A DNA stretch of 12,586 nt from Methanobacterium sp. (lineage in GTDB: Archaea; Methanobacteriota; Methanobacteria; Methanobacteriales; Methanobacteriaceae): NCBI GenBank assembly GCA_003166335.1, contig PMWA01000101.1, positions 1-12,586 on the forward strand, written 5' to 3'. Below, one piece after another: positions 7,272 to 12,586 of the stretch. Position 1 is the stretch's first letter, and each line of letters begins with the position of its first letter. The position numbers were made by a program, and so were the translations under genes. The notes beneath the pieces are model-generated. The model worked only from the letters and a program-made list of their open reading frames with translations, was not told the origin of the DNA and searched no databases.

Positions 7272-8603
7272 ATGGCAAAGTTTGAAGATAAGATCGACTT
7301 GTACGACGACAAAGGAAAACTCGTTGAAGCACAAGTACCAATCGAAGCATTAAGTCCGTTAAGAAACCCAGCAATTAAAGGAATCATTCAGGGTATCAAA
7401 AGGACCGTAGCTCTAAACTTAGAAGGTACACAGAAAGCCTTAATGACCGGAAAAGTCGGTGGACCAGCAAATAAAATAATGGGAAGAGAAATCGACATAG
7501 ACATCGTCGGAAATGCAGAAGCCATTGCAGAAAAAGCAAAAGCAATGATTCAAGTTGAAGATGGTGATGATACAAATGTTGAGTTGTTAGCCGGTGGAAA
7601 AAGAGTATTAGTACAGTTACCACAAGCTAGATTTGAAGCAGCAGCCGAATACTCAGCAACACCACTCGTTACAGCTTCAGCATTCATCCAAGCAATAATT
7701 GATGTTTGTGGTGTAAGCATGTACGATGCAAATATGGTGAAAGCAGCTATTCTAGGTAGATACCCACAATCAGTTGAATACCTGGGTGGAAACGTAGCTA
7801 CTATGCTTGACCTGCCTCAGAAATTAGAAGGTCCAGGTTATGCACTAAGAAACATCATGGTAAACCACGTAGTTGCAGCAACTCTTAAAAACACCATGCA
7901 AACAACTGCTCTATCCAGCATATTAGAACAATCAGCAATGTTTGAAATGGGAGACGCAGTCGGAGCATTTGAAAGAATGCACCTTTTAGGACTTGCATAT
8001 CAGGGAATGAACGCTGATAACATGGTATTCGATCTGGTAAAAGAAAACGGTAAAACAGGTACAGTAGGATCCGTTATAGCAGATACAGTAGACAAAGCAA
8101 AAGCAGATGGCGTAATAGGTGTAGAAAAAGACTTGCACGGTTTCAGCGTCTACGGAACCGACGACATGGCAAAATGGAATGCTTATGCAGCAGCAGGATT
8201 GCAAGCAGCTACAATGGTTAACCAAGGTGCTGCCAGAGCTGCACAAGGTGTATCATCCACTATTCTATACTACAACGACATACTTGAATTCGAAACTGGC
8301 TTACCAAGCGTTGATTTTGGTAGAGCTGAAGGTGTAGCAGTAGGATTTTCCTTCTTCAGTCACTCCATATACGGTGGTGGAGGACCAGGTATTTTCAACG
8401 GAAATCACATTGTTACTCGACACAGTAAAGGATTCGCTATACCACCAGTAGCAGCAGCCATGTCTTTAGATGCCGGTACACAAATGTTCTCCCCAGAAGC
8501 AACCTCCGGATTAATAAAAGAAGTGTTCAGCAAAGTTGATGCATTCAGAGAACCACTAAAATATGTGAATGAAGCAGCTGCTGAAATAAAAAACCAAGTC
8601 TAA
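7272..8603 (+). CDS. mcrB: Methyl-coenzyme M reductase beta subunit
   Basis: 443 aa with '[13 protein letters not shown]', 'GRYPQ', '[14 protein letters not shown]' and '[30 protein letters not shown]'. SD GGAGG at 7261-7265. Confidence 0.99.
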   Translation: MAKFEDKIDLYDDKGKLVEAQVPIEALSPLRNPAIKGIIQGIKRTVALNLEGTQKALMTGKVGGPANKIMGREIDIDIVGNAEAIAEKAKAMIQVEDGDDTNVELLAGGKRVLVQLPQARFEAAAEYSATPLVTASAFIQAIIDVCGVSMYDANMVKAAILGRYPQSVEYLGGNVATMLDLPQKLEGPGYALRNIMVNHVVAATLKNTMQTTALSSILEQSAMFEMGDAVGAFERMHLLGLAYQGMNADNMVFDLVKENGKTGTVGSVIADTVDKAKADGVIGVEKDLHGFSVYGTDDMAKWNAYAAAGLQAATMVNQGAARAAQGVSSTILYYNDILEFETGLPSVDFGRAEGVAVGFSFFSHSIYGGGGPGIFNGNHIVTRHSKGFAIPPVAAAMSLDAGTQMFSPEATSGLIKEVFSKVDAFREPLKYVNEAAAEIKNQV

Positions 8604-8637
8604 AAAAATAAATCCAAACTTGGGGGTAAATCAGTAA

Positions 8638-9075
8638 ATGGACATCGAAATTTTTCCACACAGATTATTAAGCGCTGATACCACTGAAAGATTGTTAAAC
8701 GATCTTGAGGGGATTGAAGGCATTAAAAGAATAGTTATTCAAGGACAAAGACTTCCTCCTAAAGAAATAAACGAAAATCACAGAACTATCATCCTTAAAG
8801 GTGAAGAAATAGATTTACAGGTTCAAACGGGCCGTATTTTAATGGACATAGAAGACGAGGAAATCATAGAGGATATAAGAACTATCTGTGAAGATCATCT
8901 GCCATTTGGATTCAACATACATCTTGGAACCTTTATCAGAAAGCAGAAAACCGTTACAGATAACATAAAATACGGAGAAGCCTTAAAACAAATACCAGAG
9001 GAAATGGTCGGTTTAACTGATCAAAACGCTCAACTCAGTGAAAGAGCCACCATAATCAAAAGAGAAAAACAATAA
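8638..9075 (+). CDS. mcrD: MCR operon protein D
   Basis: 145 aa with '[21 protein letters not shown]', 'IQGQRLP' and '[10 protein letters not shown]'. Follows mcrB. Confidence 0.97.
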   Translation: MDIEIFPHRLLSADTTERLLNDLEGIEGIKRIVIQGQRLPPKEINENHRTIILKGEEIDLQVQTGRILMDIEDEEIIEDIRTICEDHLPFGFNIHLGTFIRKQKTVTDNIKYGEALKQIPEEMVGLTDQNAQLSERATIIKREKQ

Positions 9076-9674
9076 TGATTGGTAAAACCACACATGTTGT
9101 AGACTGCAGAGAAGCAATGGGAATGGGTGAAGGTGGAGGAATAGCCCAGAGAGGAACTTTTGCAGAGTGTGGAAATGATGTACTGGCTATTGCCATGTCT
9201 CCCGGAAGAAGGCATATAACTAAACCAGTTTGCGAAATAACATTTGCCTTGCGGGAAGCTAATATACTAACCAGCACTTTAGTATTAAATGCAGGGGCTG
9301 GAGTTCCACATGATGCTCCAACAGCAGGATCCGGCAGCCTTTTTGGACTCACTCCTACGGAGATTGAGCAAATTAAAAGGTTCCGTCTTGTAGTAATGCA
9401 TCTTGGAGGAGTAAGGCATCATATCATATACAAGGCTCGTTTGATTTTACGTAAAGTTAAAAGACCATGTATTGTTATATGCGAGTACCCCGTTGACTTT
9501 GAAGATTTCGCTAAGATCGGTGTCAAAACTAAAGCTGTAATGCCCGAAGAACCTAAAACTAAAGGTGAAATCGTGGATATTATAAGTGGAGTAATTAGAG
9601 GAGAAACAGCTCCCCAAGAAAAGTTGGATGAAATAATAAGAAAGGTAAGATTAGCATTAGGAGGTGCATTATAA
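9075..9674 (+). CDS. mcrC: MCR operon protein C
   Basis: 199 aa with '[21 protein letters not shown]', '[16 protein letters not shown]' and '[13 protein letters not shown]'. TAATG overlap with the mcrD stop. Confidence 0.97.
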   Translation: MIGKTTHVVDCREAMGMGEGGGIAQRGTFAECGNDVLAIAMSPGRRHITKPVCEITFALREANILTSTLVLNAGAGVPHDAPTAGSGSLFGLTPTEIEQIKRFRLVVMHLGGVRHHIIYKARLILRKVKRPCIVICEYPVDFEDFAKIGVKTKAVMPEEPKTKGEIVDIISGVIRGETAPQEKLDEIIRKVRLALGGAL

Positions 9675-10424
9675 ATGGCACAATTTTATCCAGGAACAAG
9701 TAAGGTTGCAGAAAACCGAAGAAAATTCATGAACCCAGATATAGAACTCGAAAAATTAAGGGAGATATCTGATGAAGATGTTGTACAGATATTAGGTCAC
9801 AGAGCTCCCGGAGAAGAATATCCAAGTGTACATCCACCACTAGAAGAGTTGGATGAACCAGATGATGCAATAAGGGACATGGTGGAACCACTCGATGGTG
9901 CAAAAGCAGGTGATAGGGTAAGATACATCCAATTCACTGACTCAATGTACTTCGCCCCAGCACACCCATTCGTAAGATCCCGATCATATCTACACAGATT
10001 CAGAGGAGCAGATGCAGGTACTTTATCAGGAAGACAAATCATCGAAACCCGAGAAAGAGATCTAGAAAAATACGCTAAAGAATTATTAGAAACAGAATTC
10101 TTCGACCCAGCCCGAACCGGTATAAGAGGTAAAACAGTTCACGGACACGCTTTAAGACTAGATGAAGATGGTATGATGTTCGACATGTTACGAAGACAGT
10201 TGTTCGACAAATCTACTGGAATGGTTAGTTCAGTTAAAAACCAGATTGGTGACGAATTAGACGAGCCAGTATTATTAGGAGAACCATTAGAAGAATCAGT
10301 CCTCAAAGAAAAAACAACTATCTACAGAAAAGATGGTGAAGCATACCGAGACGACAAAGACGCAGTAGAAGTACTCCAAAGAATCCACGTATTAAGATCA
10401 ATGGGCGGGTACAATCCTGAATAA
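9675..10424 (+). CDS. mcrG: Methyl-coenzyme M reductase gamma subunit
   Basis: 249 aa with 'MAQFYPG', 'GDRVRYIQFTDSMY', 'GTLSGRQIIETRERDLE' and 'VHGHALRLDEDGMMFD'. SD GGAGGTG at 9660-9666. Confidence 0.99.
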   Translation: MAQFYPGTSKVAENRRKFMNPDIELEKLREISDEDVVQILGHRAPGEEYPSVHPPLEELDEPDDAIRDMVEPLDGAKAGDRVRYIQFTDSMYFAPAHPFVRSRSYLHRFRGADAGTLSGRQIIETRERDLEKYAKELLETEFFDPARTGIRGKTVHGHALRLDEDGMMFDMLRRQLFDKSTGMVSSVKNQIGDELDEPVLLGEPLEESVLKEKTTIYRKDGEAYRDDKDAVEVLQRIHVLRSMGGYNPE

Positions 10425-10439
10425 GCAGGAGGTGAAAAT

Positions 10440-12092
<1,653 letters not shown>

Positions 12093-12093
12093 G

Positions 12094-12130
12094 TAGGTGT
12101 TAAATGTAAACACCTATTTTTTTTTATTTT
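12094..12130 (+). terminator. mcr operon terminator (hairpin + oligo-T)
   Basis: Perfect 8-bp stem TAGGTGTT/AACACCTA (12094-12101/12109-12116) with a 7-nt loop, followed by T9-A-T4, immediately after the mcrA stop. Confidence 0.85.
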
Positions 12131-12159
12131 ATTAAAAAATAATATGGAGGAAAAATAAC

Positions 12160-12586
12160 ATGGCAGACCCTATAATAGCAGGATTAGGTGTTGTAGCTTT
12201 GATGGGCGCCGCTGCAACAATTTCAGGAGCTGCAGAGGACCTAGAATCTGACGTTGGTTCTATGAGTAACCCTAACTCACAGGTTCAACTAGCACCACAA
12301 ATGGGTAACCTTCACAGGATATTCAACAAGGCTGTTTCTGGAGAACCAGTACAAATGGGAACCATGGCAGGTATAGCGGGTTCAGTTGCATTTGTGCTTA
12401 TTTCATTAAACCTTCCAGTAATAATGGCATTAGCTGGAGGAGCAGCATTTGCAGCGTTAATTCACACAACATTCGCCACCACATCACACTTAGGAAGAAC
12501 TGTAAGTGTATCAAAATTCGGACAACCCTTATTTCTAGATGTGGTCACAGAACACTTAGGACCAATAGCTGGCCACGGATTTATAG
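12160..12586 (+). CDS. mtrE: N5-methyl-H4MPT:coenzyme M methyltransferase subunit E, 3' truncated by window edge (absent from ORF track)
   Basis: ATG at 12160 after GGAGG (12146-12150). Translates MADPIIAGLGVVALMGAAATISGAAEDLESDVGSMSNPNSQVQLAPQMGNLHRIFNKAVSGEP..., the MtrE signature. Confidence 0.97.
   Translation, partial: MADPIIAGLGVVALMGAAATISGAAEDLESDVGSMSNPNSQVQLAPQMGNLHRIFNKAVSGEPVQMGTMAGIAGSVAFVLISLNLPVIMALAGGAAFAALIHTTFATTSHLGRTVSVSKFGQPLFLDVVTEHLGPIAGHGFI

Overview
Core methanogenesis locus of a hydrogenotrophic methanogen. Gene order and protein similarity suggest Methanobacteriales, probably Methanobacterium-like (inference). The right half holds a complete MCR I operon, mcrBDCGA (7272-12092), then a hairpin/oligo-T terminator and the start of mtrE. 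Divergent from mcrB is mmp10, the radical-SAM/cobalamin McrA-Arg methyltransferase. Further left are a membrane-anchored metallophosphoesterase, methanogenesis marker 7, a thioredoxin-type ArsC, an isocitrate lyase/PEP mutase-superfamily gene broken by two compensating frameshifts (missed as a unit by the ORF track), a DGC-type zinc-binding protein, a DUF2115 protein and a partial DUF166 protein. The most striking non-coding signal is in the mmp10-mcrB intergenic region. It has back-to-back BRE/TATA promoters, and a ~115-nt mcrB leader whose first ~100 nt fold by nested complementarity into a multi-helix three-way junction ending just before the Shine-Dalgarno, with a possible anti-SD alternative pairing. 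This is a candidate cis-regulatory RNA. All calls come from reading the sequence; no searches were run.
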